Positions 17,945 through 27,971 of a stretch of DNA of 64,000 bases are shown one piece after another. Source of the DNA: OCS155 cluster bacterium AG-426-D23. Lineage in GTDB: Bacteria > Actinomycetota > Acidimicrobiia > Actinomarinales > Actinomarinaceae. Where the stretch lies: the NCBI GenBank assembly GCA_003213165.1, contig QCNO01000001.1:133403-197402 (forward strand), in the 5' to 3' direction. Numbering within the stretch: the first letter of the stretch is position 1; the number at the start of each line of letters is the position of its first letter. Both the position numbers and the translations under genes were made by a program. The notes under the pieces are model-generated. The model worked only from the letters and a program-made list of their open reading frames with translations, was not told the origin of the DNA and searched no databases.

Positions 17945-19870
17945 TTGTCAGAATTACACGATTATTTAAAATCTCAAGAAAGCCTAATTACGTCCTCAAT
18001 AGAGGGAAAAACACTAATTGATTTTATTGATAGAAATGCAGATGAATATCCAGACTATCCTGCTTTAAATACACCTGCTAATAGTGAGTACTCTGCTTGG
18101 GATTCAATGTCATGGTCAGAATACAGAGAAGTTTCAAAAAATCTTGCTTCAGGTTTAATGTCCTTAGGTCTTGGGCCAGGTAATACGGCATTTATTATGT
18201 CAAATAACACTAAAGAACACAATATTTCGGATTTAGGGATTGTATATTGTGGAGCTACACCTTCAACTCTCTACAAGCAATTAAAGTCTGAACAAATAGA
18301 GTATGTGGCAAACCTCATGGAAGCAAAAGTGGCGATAGTAGGAGATTTAGAGTTATTTGAAGAGGTAAACAAAGCAAAAAATAATTGTCCAAAATTAGAA
18401 GCTGTAGTTCTTATAGATGGATATGAAGAAAAACAAGATTTAGATTACGTTTATAGTTATGAAGAATTGATTTCAAAAGGTGAAGAAATTAACCGTCAAG
18501 ATAGTTCAAAGTTAGATTCTGCTATATCAACTATTACTCCTGACACTCTTGCATGTTTAATTTTCACATCTGGAACAACAGGTAGACCAAAGGGAGTAAT
18601 GATAACCCATAGGAATGTTCTGTGGACAATTGAAAGCCTTTTTGGACAAATTATTCCCGCAAGTAAGTATCCCAGAATTGTATCCTATCTTCCAATGGCA
18701 CATATTGCGGCCAGAGCAGGCGATCATTACCAGGCAATATACAGAACTGGTCAAATATTTCCAGTTCCGGTTCTTGAAGATATGAGAGATGCTTTACCTA
18801 CAATTAAACCCTCAGTTTTTCTTGCTGTTCCAAGAGTATGGGAAAAATTTAAGGCAGGACTAGAAGCGCGTATTGAAGAAAATCCAAAAAAAGATTTAAT
18901 CGAAAAAGCTATAGCAAACGGTCTTGAGAAAGTTGAATATGAACAAAAGGGTGAGAACGTACCATTAGGAATAAAAATTAAAGATAAATTATTTGCAAAA
19001 CTTGTTTTTTCAAAATTTAAGGATGGATTAGGAATTACAGATACAGAATATTTTGTAACAGCTGCAGCTCCAATGAACCGTGATGTACATAAGTGGTTTC
19101 ATGCAATTGGTATTGATGTTACAGAAATATACGGTATGACCGAGGATACTGGCCCAGCAACTATTGGTGTACCAACTAATGCTGCTGAATCTTTTTCAAA
19201 AAGGTTAAAAGCTGATGGTATAAGTATTCCTAGTGTTTTAAATCCTATCGGTAAAGTTGGCATTCCAATTCCAGGTACTGAGGTGAAAATCATGGAAGAT
19301 GGAGAATTATGTATCAAAGGCAATCATGTTGCTCAAGGGTATTATAAGTCTGAAGAACAAACTGCTGAAACTTTTGATGAAGATGGATGGCTTCACACAG
19401 GAGATCTTGCAGAAATAGATTCTGAAGGATTCGTAAAAATTATTGGAAGAAAGAAAGAGATTCTAATAACTTCGGCAGGAAAAAACATTGCGCCAGTAGA
19501 AGTTGAAGATCTAATAAAACCACACCAATTAATCGGACAAGTTTGTGTTGTAGGCGATGGAAAGAAATATTTAACAGCACTAATTGTTCTTGATGGAGAT
19601 GGAGGTGCTGAAGCTTGGGCAAATGAAAATGGGGTTAGCTACTCTATTAAAGACATGGCTTCTAATGAAGAAGTCTTAAAAGCTATTCAGGATCAGGTCG
19701 ATAAAGCTAATTCAAAAGTAGCTCAAGTGCAACAAATTAAAAAATTTGTAATCCTTGAAAATGAATGGACAGACTCAAGTGGAGAGTTGACACCTACATT
19801 AAAACTTAAAAGAAGTGTAATTGCTGATATGTATAATGATGAGATTGAATCAATGTATGAGGAGGTCTAA
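17945..19870 (+). CDS. long-chain fatty-acid--CoA ligase (AMP-dependent synthetase, FadD-like)
   Basis: TTG start with GGAGG 5 nt upstream. AMP-binding motifs are present: IFTSGTTGRPKGV, YGMTE, GWLHTGDLAEIDSEGF and the KLKR C-terminal motif. Confidence 0.85.
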   Translation: MSELHDYLKSQESLITSSIEGKTLIDFIDRNADEYPDYPALNTPANSEYSAWDSMSWSEYREVSKNLASGLMSLGLGPGNTAFIMSNNTKEHNISDLGIVYCGATPSTLYKQLKSEQIEYVANLMEAKVAIVGDLELFEEVNKAKNNCPKLEAVVLIDGYEEKQDLDYVYSYEELISKGEEINRQDSSKLDSAISTITPDTLACLIFTSGTTGRPKGVMITHRNVLWTIESLFGQIIPASKYPRIVSYLPMAHIAARAGDHYQAIYRTGQIFPVPVLEDMRDALPTIKPSVFLAVPRVWEKFKAGLEARIEENPKKDLIEKAIANGLEKVEYEQKGENVPLGIKIKDKLFAKLVFSKFKDGLGITDTEYFVTAAAPMNRDVHKWFHAIGIDVTEIYGMTEDTGPATIGVPTNAAESFSKRLKADGISIPSVLNPIGKVGIPIPGTEVKIMEDGELCIKGNHVAQGYYKSEEQTAETFDEDGWLHTGDLAEIDSEGFVKIIGRKKEILITSAGKNIAPVEVEDLIKPHQLIGQVCVVGDGKKYLTALIVLDGDGGAEAWANENGVSYSIKDMASNEEVLKAIQDQVDKANSKVAQVQQIKKFVILENEWTDSSGELTPTLKLKRSVIADMYNDEIESMYEEV

Positions 19871-19872
19871 AA

Positions 19873-20778
19873 TTGAGTGGAATTAGTTTTGAAAATAAAA
19901 CAGTTGTTGTAACAGGCGCAGGCAATGGTTTAGGAAAAGCATATGCACTTGAATTTGCAAATAGAGGTGCAAATGTTGTTGTAAATGATATTGGTGGTTC
20001 TGTAACTGGAGATGGTTCAGAAAATGCTCCTGCAGATGTTGTTGTTGAAGAAATTAATTCTTCCGGTGGAAGTGCAGTTGCTAATTATGATTCTGTTGCA
20101 ACTAAACAAGGCGGGGAGTCAATTATTGAATCTGCTTTAAGTAATTTTGGTTCTGTAGATGCGGTAGTAAACAATGCAGGTATTTTGAGAGACAAAAGTT
20201 TTGCCAAAATGGAAGAAGATGATTTAAATGCAATCATTGATGTTCATCTTAAAGGTACTTTTTTTGTGTGCCAACCAGCTTTTATTCAAATGAAAGAACA
20301 AGGGTATGGGAGATTTGTAAATGTTTCATCACCATCTGGACTTTTTGGTAATTTTGGCCAATTGAATTACGGAGCAGCAAAAATGGGAATTGTTGGTCTT
20401 ACTAATGTATTAGCAATAGAGGGCGCCAAATATAATATAAAAGCAAATGTTATTGCCCCTAACGCTGCTACAAGAATGACAGAAACACTGTTTGGAGAAG
20501 ATATGTCAAAGCTACTAACAGTAGATAACATCACACCATTGGTTGTTTATTTAGCGTCTGAGCAGTGTGAAATTACTCATGAGATATTTTCAGCAGGTGG
20601 AGGCAGGTTTGCAAGAATTGGGATTTCTACTGATGTTGGATATTTTAATGCTACTGCAAAAGCAGAGGATATCTTTGCTAATATTGATCAAATTAGAGAC
20701 TTATCAAATTCAATATACCCAACAAGTTTAGCTGATGAGCTGCCATTATTTAATGAAGCAATGAATAAAGGAAATTAA
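19873..20778 (+). CDS. SDR-family oxidoreductase (MFE-2-type 3-hydroxyacyl-CoA dehydrogenase-like)
   Basis: TTG start, with GGAGG upstream. It has TGAGNGLGKAYA (a TGxxxGxG-type dinucleotide motif) and the NNAG and YGAAK catalytic motifs. Confidence 0.8.
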   Translation: MSGISFENKTVVVTGAGNGLGKAYALEFANRGANVVVNDIGGSVTGDGSENAPADVVVEEINSSGGSAVANYDSVATKQGGESIIESALSNFGSVDAVVNNAGILRDKSFAKMEEDDLNAIIDVHLKGTFFVCQPAFIQMKEQGYGRFVNVSSPSGLFGNFGQLNYGAAKMGIVGLTNVLAIEGAKYNIKANVIAPNAATRMTETLFGEDMSKLLTVDNITPLVVYLASEQCEITHEIFSAGGGRFARIGISTDVGYFNATAKAEDIFANIDQIRDLSNSIYPTSLADELPLFNEAMNKGN

Positions 20779-20780
20779 AT

Positions 20781-21998
20781 TTGGTAGATACAGCAACTGA
20801 TATAAGTAATCCTGAAGTCTTAGTTCGTGAAAAACTAGATGAACTGATTTCTTTTAGAAATGAAAATCAAGATATAAAAGAATTTTGGGGTAAACAGTAT
20901 GATTTGGGCTTGGCTTGGGTTCAGTTTCCCGTTGGAGCTGGGGGACTTGGTTTAAATCCCAAGTACCAGCTTTTAGTTACTGAAAAACTAAGAAATGAGG
21001 GTGTCTCTCAACAAAATAGGATAGGAAACCTTCTTGGGATTGGTATGGGAGCACCAACAATAATAGAATATGGCACACAAGAGCAAATATCTAAATATTT
21101 AAGGCCTATGTTCACAACAGATGAAATCTGGTGTCAACTTTTTTCTGAACCTGGTTCAGGTTCTGATTTAGCAAGTCTTTCAACTAAAGCTGTTGATGAT
21201 GGAGATGGATATATAGTTAATGGACAAAAAGTTTGGACAACCCTTGGACATCTAGCAAAATGGGGATTGATCGTAACTAGAACTGATCCCACTGTTCCAA
21301 AACATAGAGGACTTACGTTTTTTATAGTTGATATGGAATCTGATGGAGTTGATGTCAGACCATTAAGGCAGATTACTGGCGAAGCAGAATTTAATGAAGT
21401 TTATTTTACTGATGTAAAAATACCTAAAGAAAATATTTTAGGGTCTTTAGGCGAAGGATGGAGAGTCTCTCTAACAATTTTAATGAATGAAAGAGTTGCA
21501 ATTGGTGGAAGTGTGAGAGAAAGAGGCAGTGGTGCCCCAGGTCATCTTATTCAGCTTTGGAAAGAAAAAAACCTAAATGATCAAGTTACAAGAGATAATC
21601 TTATAAAACTATGGATTGAGCAAGAAGCTGTAAGGTTGACAAATATGAGAGCAGTTGAAAATAGAGAAAAAGGAACTCCTGGTCCAGAAGGGTCAACAAG
21701 TAAATTATATGAAGCTGAAATTAATAAAGCCTCATATGAATTTGGTATGGATATGTTGGGTAATGACGGGCTATTGTTTCCAAGAGGTTATGCACTAACC
21801 CAACCAGAACTCAATTTTGAAGATGAGTCTTTTGGATTTACTGATACTCAAAGTCTGTTTCTAAGATCAAGAGCAAATTCAATTGAAGGCGGAACTTCCG
21901 AAATTATGCGAAATATTATTGCTGAAAGAGTTCTTGGCCTACCTAGTGAACCAAAATTAGATAAAGACAAAGCATGGAAAGATATTCCTAGGTCTTAA
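20781..21998 (+). CDS. acyl-CoA dehydrogenase
   Basis: TTG start, with AAGGA upstream. ACAD fold signatures GSDLASL, WTTLG and the C-terminal EGGTSEIMRNIIAER (catalytic Glu region). Confidence 0.8.
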   Translation: MVDTATDISNPEVLVREKLDELISFRNENQDIKEFWGKQYDLGLAWVQFPVGAGGLGLNPKYQLLVTEKLRNEGVSQQNRIGNLLGIGMGAPTIIEYGTQEQISKYLRPMFTTDEIWCQLFSEPGSGSDLASLSTKAVDDGDGYIVNGQKVWTTLGHLAKWGLIVTRTDPTVPKHRGLTFFIVDMESDGVDVRPLRQITGEAEFNEVYFTDVKIPKENILGSLGEGWRVSLTILMNERVAIGGSVRERGSGAPGHLIQLWKEKNLNDQVTRDNLIKLWIEQEAVRLTNMRAVENREKGTPGPEGSTSKLYEAEINKASYEFGMDMLGNDGLLFPRGYALTQPELNFEDESFGFTDTQSLFLRSRANSIEGGTSEIMRNIIAERVLGLPSEPKLDKDKAWKDIPRS

Positions 21999-22609
21999 TA
22001 AATAAATGCAAAAACTCCTTTATCACAACTAACATTCAATTCATCTTTGGTAGCAATATTTCTTAAAGTTGTAGTTTCTCCAAATTGAATGTTTTTATTT
22101 TCTAAATTCCACTTAGCACCATCTATTGAAAGATTTGATAAATTTGTAATTGGAATAATGCTAAATTTGCTCATTTTTTTTACATTTAATTTAAGTTTTT
22201 GTCGAAAGATTATTCTCTTATCTCCATAAAGCCAAATGATATTTTCAAAAAAGGATATTGATGGTATCAATAAAAAAATTGAAATTAAATGATCAATCTC
22301 TCCTGATTCTCCACCAATAATATAAATTATTGATTTGTCTACTCCTTCAAGATAATTCAATGCAAGTTCAAAGTCAGTTTGGTCTTTATTGCTATTAAAA
22401 GCCATAATATCAACATCATTTTTTTTAATTTTATTTAATGATTTCTCTGATATTGAATCTAAATCTCCTATTAAGGTACTTGGATCTAGTGAAAGTCTGA
22501 ATAAATGTTCTACTCCTGAATCAACAGCAATTATCTCCTCAAAGTTTTTCTCAATACTTAATACATTGCTTGTAGAATTTCCACCAATTGAAATAAGATA
22601 ATTTTTCAT
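21995..22609 (-). CDS. thiamine diphosphokinase
   Basis: 204 aa. The GDLDSI motif and overall layout are typical of TPK. Its 3' end overlaps the acyl-CoA dehydrogenase gene by 4 nt (convergent). Confidence 0.65.
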   Translation of the reverse strand: MKNYLISIGGNSTSNVLSIEKNFEEIIAVDSGVEHLFRLSLDPSTLIGDLDSISEKSLNKIKKNDVDIMAFNSNKDQTDFELALNYLEGVDKSIIYIIGGESGEIDHLISIFLLIPSISFFENIIWLYGDKRIIFRQKLKLNVKKMSKFSIIPITNLSNLSIDGAKWNLENKNIQFGETTTLRNIATKDELNVSCDKGVFAFIY

Positions 22610-22669
22610 ATTTCTAAGTTTAATGTTAAAAAATTTCTCACATATCTCAAATCTTGTATCATTAATTCT

Positions 22670-23296
22670 ATGAGTAACGAATTTACATTTAAGATTGGTG
22701 ATGAAGCAGTAAAAACAATTATAGAGTTAAGAGATCAAGAACCTGGGGATAAGCAGTATGCATTATTTCTGCAAATTGACGGTGTTCATGGAAATCAATT
22801 TACCTATGACTTAAGTTTCTTAGACATTGAACAAACTAGATCAGATGATAAGAGAATAGATTTTGGAGATTTAGCTGTTGTAATTGCTTCAAAAGATATT
22901 GATAAATTCGATGGTGCAAGTTTAGATATGTCAGACGATGACCAAGCACCAGGGCTTACAATGGATAATCCAAATACACCAAGCCCTGCGATGATCGGAA
23001 ATCCAGCAGATTTGCCAGAATTAAAGGGTGAACTAGCTGAAAAAGTTCAAGCAGTTTTAGAAAATCAAATCAATCCAGCAATTGCATCGCACGGAGGTGC
23101 TGCTCAGTTAATTGGTGTTGAGGGAAATGACATTTACTTAAGGCTTGGTGGTGGTTGCCAAGGATGTGGTATGGCACAAGTCACACTCACTCAAGGTATT
23201 GAGGCATCTTTACGAGAAGCTGTTCCTGAAATAGGAAACATTATAGACGCTACCGATCACGCAGCTGGTGAGAATCCATATTTTGCTTCTCACTAA
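22670..23296 (+). CDS. NfuA-like Fe-S cluster biogenesis protein (C-terminal Nfu domain)
   Basis: The C-terminal GGGCQGCGMAQVTL is the Nfu CxxC motif. The N-terminal domain of about 90 aa is joined by an acidic linker, as in NfuA. Confidence 0.65.
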   Translation: MSNEFTFKIGDEAVKTIIELRDQEPGDKQYALFLQIDGVHGNQFTYDLSFLDIEQTRSDDKRIDFGDLAVVIASKDIDKFDGASLDMSDDDQAPGLTMDNPNTPSPAMIGNPADLPELKGELAEKVQAVLENQINPAIASHGGAAQLIGVEGNDIYLRLGGGCQGCGMAQVTLTQGIEASLREAVPEIGNIIDATDHAAGENPYFASH

Positions 23297-24264
23297 ACGC
23301 TAATAACAGTTTTACCTATATTTTTCCTATTTAAAAAATTTTCTAAAGCTATTGAAGTATCTTCAATTTTGTAATTATTTTTTGGAACAATTTTTAATTT
23401 TCCACTTTCAACAAAAGAAACTAATTCACTAAAATCTTCTGCTGTTTCATGAGGGGAAGTATTAGTCCATCGACCCCACCAAACGCCAACAATTGATACC
23501 CCCTTTACAAGTGTTAGGTTTAGTGAAATTTTAGGTATCTCCCCATTAGCAAAGCCAATTACTAATAGTCTGCCATTGAATGCTGTAGCTCTTAATGCTT
23601 GTTCAGAAACTTCACCACCAACAGGATCAATAACTATATCTACACCTTTCCCATCAGTGAGTTCTTTAACCGTTTCTTTTAAGTCAACTTGATCATATCT
23701 TACTATTTCATCTCCACCTAAACTTTTTACATATTCTGCTTTGTCATCAGAACCGACTGCACAAATTGTTTTCAGTCCCATAACTTTTGCTAATTGAATA
23801 GTTGCAGTGCCAATCCCACCAGAGGCACCAAGGACTAAAAGACTTTCTCCACTTTGAGCATTTGCTCTCCTTTTTAGAGCATAATATGAAGTACCGTAAT
23901 TAATTGGTAAGCTTGCCCCAGCCAAAGAATCAAAGTTCATATTTACTGGAATTACCAAATTTTTATTTATTGTAACGAATTCAGCAAACCCTCCAATTGG
24001 AGGAATGCCAATTACTTTTGTTCCCACAGGAATATCAACATTTTCACCTTTCTCTTCAATAATTCCACAAACTTCATTACCTGGAATAAATGGTGGATCT
24101 ATTACAATTTGATACTTTCCTTGAACAAGAAGTGCATCTGGAAAATTAACTCCAGCGACTTCAACTTTTATTAAGACTTCATCTTTATTAATCGTTGGCT
24201 TATCAATTTCATTTATTTCTAGTAATTTCGGCTCACCTAGTTTTGTACATACAACTGCTTTCAT
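23293..24264 (-). CDS. zinc-independent MDR-family quinone oxidoreductase (NADPH:quinone reductase-like)
   Basis: MKAVVC...GEPKLLE...VLIKVEAAGVNFPD and the GASGGIGT Rossmann motif. It is 4 nt coupled to the upstream abfD-like gene. Confidence 0.8.
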   Translation of the reverse strand: MKAVVCTKLGEPKLLEINEIDKPTINKDEVLIKVEVAGVNFPDALLVQGKYQIVIDPPFIPGNEVCGIIEEKGENVDIPVGTKVIGIPPIGGFAEFVTINKNLVIPVNMNFDSLAGASLPINYGTSYYALKRRANAQSGESLLVLGASGGIGTATIQLAKVMGLKTICAVGSDDKAEYVKSLGGDEIVRYDQVDLKETVKELTDGKGVDIVIDPVGGEVSEQALRATAFNGRLLVIGFANGEIPKISLNLTLVKGVSIVGVWWGRWTNTSPHETAEDFSELVSFVESGKLKIVPKNNYKIEDTSIALENFLNRKNIGKTVISV

Positions 24265-25721
24265 TGTTCTCTCTCTATAATTCCCGATAATTTTTTGGCA
24301 AAGTCTTTTTTTTCTTCAATATTTACTTTCCTTCTAATCTGGACTCTCTGTGCTTGTGGGGAGCCTGCACCATGTAAAGATTCAGTTAAATAAGCAACGG
24401 CATTTCTACCTAATGTCATATTTTCAATCAACCTTAAAATTTTTACTCGATCTTCTGAGTTAATATCTTTTTTACCTTTTAAATATTTTTTTAAATCCTC
24501 AGACATCGTTCCTTCATTAAAATCAATTCCTGAAGGCATAGATCCGACTAGGCCACCTGCAAGATCTTGTGCAATTCTTCCAATCTCATACGTTTCTTTT
24601 GTCACATGCTGTTTACATACATTTGCCAATAGATCATCATTAATAAAGTTTCCTGACTTAGTGCTCGAACCTTGAAGTGATGAAGCGATACCAGTTGCAT
24701 ATATTGTTTCATTGAGTTTATTCATTTCAACAAGCTTATCTTTAATATGCGATACCTCTTCTACACCGTTGTACTCCGCAATTGTAGCTGCAGCTCCAAT
24801 AAGTACATCACCAACTCCTGATTTACAAACATAAGATCTTCTATGATATGTTGTAAATCTCTCAACTAACATAGATGCAAAATCATATTCACCGTTCATA
24901 AAAATGTATTCATTTGGTATAAATACATTATCAAAAATCACCATTGCCTCTTGCCCGGCAAAATATTTATTTCCAACATCATATTCACCAGGCTCCATAC
25001 TCCTTGTATCGCATGACTGTCTACCATAGATATAAGTTATTCCTTCTGCATCTACTGGGATTGCACCAACTATTGCATAGTCTTTATCTTTTTCAGTCAA
25101 TCTCAAGGTAGGCATTACAACCATCCAGTGTGAATTTATACATCCAGTCTGATGGGCTTTTGCTCCCTTAACGTAAACACCATCATTTGTCCTTTTTACA
25201 ATTCTTAAGTACACATCTTCATCTTCTTGTTCGTGTGGTAGTTTTGATCTATCACCCTTAACGTCTGTCATTGCACCACCAATCACTAAATTGTATTTAT
25301 GCATTTCAGTTAGAAAATTAATAAAATTCTTGTGATATTCGGTATTGTGATTTTCATCAATTTCAAAAGTTACAGAATGAAGTGCATTGAATGCATCCAT
25401 GCCTACACATCTTTGAAAGCAGGTACCAGTTAGTTGTCCAAGCTTTCTTTGCATTTTATTTTGCAAAAATAAATCTTCATTACTTTCTGCGATATGCAAA
25501 AATCTATTTATTTTTTTGCCAGTATAGGGTGATATTGCTGATGCTAATTCTGGTTCTCTGACTGCTAGCTCATATGTTTCAGCCATTGCTTCAATACTCG
25601 GCCTTATTATTGGATGTTCTATGGGTTCTTTTACAAGTTCCCCCATCAAATAAATTTTTAAGTTTCTATTTCTGATTGAATCTAAATAGCTATCTTTATT
25701 AGTTATTTTATTCATATGCAA
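24261..25721 (-). CDS. abfD: 4-hydroxybutyryl-CoA dehydratase / vinylacetyl-CoA isomerase-like (HpaB superfamily)
   Basis: 486 aa. It contains Cys101-x3-Cys105 (TGTCFQRCVG) and His293/Cys299 (TYHRRSYVCK). These sit at positions that I recall as the [4Fe-4S] ligands of Clostridium AbfD (C99, C103, H292, C299). A generic HpaB-type flavin monooxygenase would lack them. Confidence 0.7.
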   Translation of the reverse strand: MHMNKITNKDSYLDSIRNRNLKIYLMGELVKEPIEHPIIRPSIEAMAETYELAVREPELASAISPYTGKKINRFLHIAESNEDLFLQNKMQRKLGQLTGTCFQRCVGMDAFNALHSVTFEIDENHNTEYHKNFINFLTEMHKYNLVIGGAMTDVKGDRSKLPHEQEDEDVYLRIVKRTNDGVYVKGAKAHQTGCINSHWMVVMPTLRLTEKDKDYAIVGAIPVDAEGITYIYGRQSCDTRSMEPGEYDVGNKYFAGQEAMVIFDNVFIPNEYIFMNGEYDFASMLVERFTTYHRRSYVCKSGVGDVLIGAAATIAEYNGVEEVSHIKDKLVEMNKLNETIYATGIASSLQGSSTKSGNFINDDLLANVCKQHVTKETYEIGRIAQDLAGGLVGSMPSGIDFNEGTMSEDLKKYLKGKKDINSEDRVKILRLIENMTLGRNAVAYLTESLHGAGSPQAQRVQIRRKVNIEEKKDFAKKLSGIIEREQ

Positions 25722-25797
25722 TTATAGTTTTTTAATTCATTGCAAGTCACATATAGATGTTGTTATTTATTTTTTATTATCGATGAAGGAATGAATA

Positions 25798-26259
25798 CTA
25801 ATCAGACAAATACGTTTCGTTATATTTAGATTGAACATCTTCTGGCCAAATAGAGTACATATATTCAATGACTGACCAGATTTCTTCATCACTTAATTTA
25901 TCATTTGCATTCATCTTACCTTCATAGTTTGGGTCAAAATAAACCAAACCATATCTAATTGTGTTGAAAATCTGTTCTGGTGAGTGATGCCAACTATGAC
26001 CATAACCATTTAAAGGAGGTGCTAACCTGTGGCCATCTTCATCTCTGTTAGTTTTCCAATTATCAGCACCTTTTAACTCAGCTTTATGACACTTTATACA
26101 ATTCGCTTCATATACTTTGATACCCAATGAAATAACTTCTTCTAGTTCTTTGTTTTTATTTGCAGGAAATCTTACATCTGTGTAGTTAACACAATTTGAA
26201 ATAAAGGTTGTTAAGAGAAGTAGATTTATAAAAACAATTAATTTATTATTTTTTTTCAT
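25798..26259 (-). CDS. c-type cytochrome with N-terminal signal/anchor
   Basis: N-terminal hydrophobic segment MKKNNKLIVFINLLLLTTFISNC, then a single CIKCH heme motif. Confidence 0.6.
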   Translation of the reverse strand: MKKNNKLIVFINLLLLTTFISNCVNYTDVRFPANKNKELEEVISLGIKVYEANCIKCHKAELKGADNWKTNRDEDGHRLAPPLNGYGHSWHHSPEQIFNTIRYGLVYFDPNYEGKMNANDKLSDEEIWSVIEYMYSIWPEDVQSKYNETYLSD

Positions 26260-26314
26260 ACAAAATTAAAATTTTAACATGTCTGGAAGCGTGTTTTAGA
26301 TGATGATTAATTCC

Positions 26315-27493
26315 TCAAATTACTTCAAATAATCCAGCAGCACCCATTCCACCACCAACACACATTGTGACGACAACATATTTTGCACCTCTTCGTTTAC
26401 CTTCCATAAGAGCATGCATTGTCATTCTTGCGCCAGTCATTCCATATGGATGTCCTATAGATATTGAGCCACCATTAACATTGTAAATTTCATTATCAAT
26501 ACCTAGATAGTCTCTACAATATAAAGCTTGCACTGCGAATGCTTCATTAAGCTCCCATAAGCCGATGTCATCAATACTTAAGTTATATTTATCAAGCAAT
26601 TTAGGAACAGCATATATTGGCCCAATTCCCATTTCTTCTGGAGCTAAACCTGCAACAGCCATTCCTCTGTAATAGCCAAGTGGTGTTAGGCCTTTGTTTT
26701 CTGCAACCTTAGATTCCATAACCACTACGGATGCGGATCCATCAGATAACTGAGATGCATTTCCAGCAGTTATGAACTTACCCTCTCCATACACTGGGAC
26801 TAACGATGATAGACCTTCTATATTTGTTTCTGGTCTGTTACCTTCGTCTTTTTCTAAAGTAGCTTCTTGTTCAGAAATTTCCCCGGATTCTTTGTCTTTA
26901 ACTAACTTAGTAGTCGTAGTTGAAATGATTTCGTCTTTGTAAAGATCTGCTTCTTGTGCAGCAGCTGTTCTTTGCTGACTTTGTAAGGAATACTCATCTT
27001 GACTTTCTCTTGTTACATTATATTTTTCAGCAACATGATCAGCAGTTTCAATCATTGGCATGTATGCATGTTTTGCGTGCTCAGTAACATTAGGATCAAT
27101 ATCTACCCTAAAATCTGCAGTTTGCACGAGTGAAATAGATTCAACTCCTCCAGCTACAACAACGTCCATATTGTCTGTAACAACCTGTTTTGATGCGGTC
27201 GCAATTGCCATCATTCCCGATGAACATTGCCTGTCTATTGTCATGCCTGGAACATTATCTGGAAGCCCTGCTGCAATACCAGCTAATCTTCCTATATTTA
27301 TAGCTTGTGAACCTTGTTGCTGTGCACATCCTAAAACAACATCTTCAACTTCTTTTGGATCTATTCCAGCTCTATCAACAGCTTCTTTTATAGAGTAAGA
27401 GGCTAGGGTTGGGGCAGCTGTATTATTAAAAGCCCCTCTGTAAGCCTTACCAATAGGCGTTCTAGCTGCTGATACTATTACTGCTTCTCTCAA
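26315..27493 (-). CDS. acetyl-CoA C-acyltransferase (thiolase)
   Basis: Thiolase signatures: active-site Cys in [19 protein letters not shown] and C-terminal CVGGGMG. It carries an insertion of about 55 aa, mainly acidic, roughly at residues 170-225. Confidence 0.85.
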   Translation of the reverse strand: MREAVIVSAARTPIGKAYRGAFNNTAAPTLASYSIKEAVDRAGIDPKEVEDVVLGCAQQQGSQAINIGRLAGIAAGLPDNVPGMTIDRQCSSGMMAIATASKQVVTDNMDVVVAGGVESISLVQTADFRVDIDPNVTEHAKHAYMPMIETADHVAEKYNVTRESQDEYSLQSQQRTAAAQEADLYKDEIISTTTTKLVKDKESGEISEQEATLEKDEGNRPETNIEGLSSLVPVYGEGKFITAGNASQLSDGSASVVVMESKVAENKGLTPLGYYRGMAVAGLAPEEMGIGPIYAVPKLLDKYNLSIDDIGLWELNEAFAVQALYCRDYLGIDNEIYNVNGGSISIGHPYGMTGARMTMHALMEGKRRGAKYVVVTMCVGGGMGAAGLFEVI

Positions 27494-27509
27494 TTTTTTC
27501 CTCCTAAAT

Positions 27510-27971
27510 CTATTCGTTTACAACGTATAAAGTTAAAGCCTCTACAATTGCAGCAGGCTTTTCTTTACCTTCAATTTCAATTGTTACAGTAAATTTAACT
27601 AACCATCTACCGTTTTTCTTATAGTTGACTTCTGATAAAACAAACCGTCCTCTAATTTTACTATTAACTGGAACAGCTTCCATAAATCTAACTTTGTCAG
27701 CACCATAATTAATAGCCATTTGCATCCCATCAGGCATAAAACCATTTTGGGCTGACATGTAAGACAGAAGGCTTAAAGTCAAAAAACCATGTGCGATTGT
27801 AGAACCCCACGGAGTTGCTTTAGCCATTTCGGGATCTACATGTATAAATTGATGATCATTTGTCGCGTCAGCAAATTGGTTAATTCGTTCTTGGGTAATT
27901 TCTAGCCATTCAGTAACACCAGTTTCTTGACCAACATAATTTTCAAATTCTTTAGCCGGAATAACTTTCAA
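27510..27971 (-). CDS. MaoC-like (R)-specific enoyl-CoA hydratase / hot-dog fold dehydratase
   Basis: 153 aa. [24 protein letters not shown] is the MaoC dehydratase motif. Confidence 0.8.
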   Translation of the reverse strand: MKVIPAKEFENYVGQETGVTEWLEITQERINQFADATNDHQFIHVDPEMAKATPWGSTIAHGFLTLSLLSYMSAQNGFMPDGMQMAINYGADKVRFMEAVPVNSKIRGRFVLSEVNYKKNGRWLVKFTVTIEIEGKEKPAAIVEALTLYVVNE

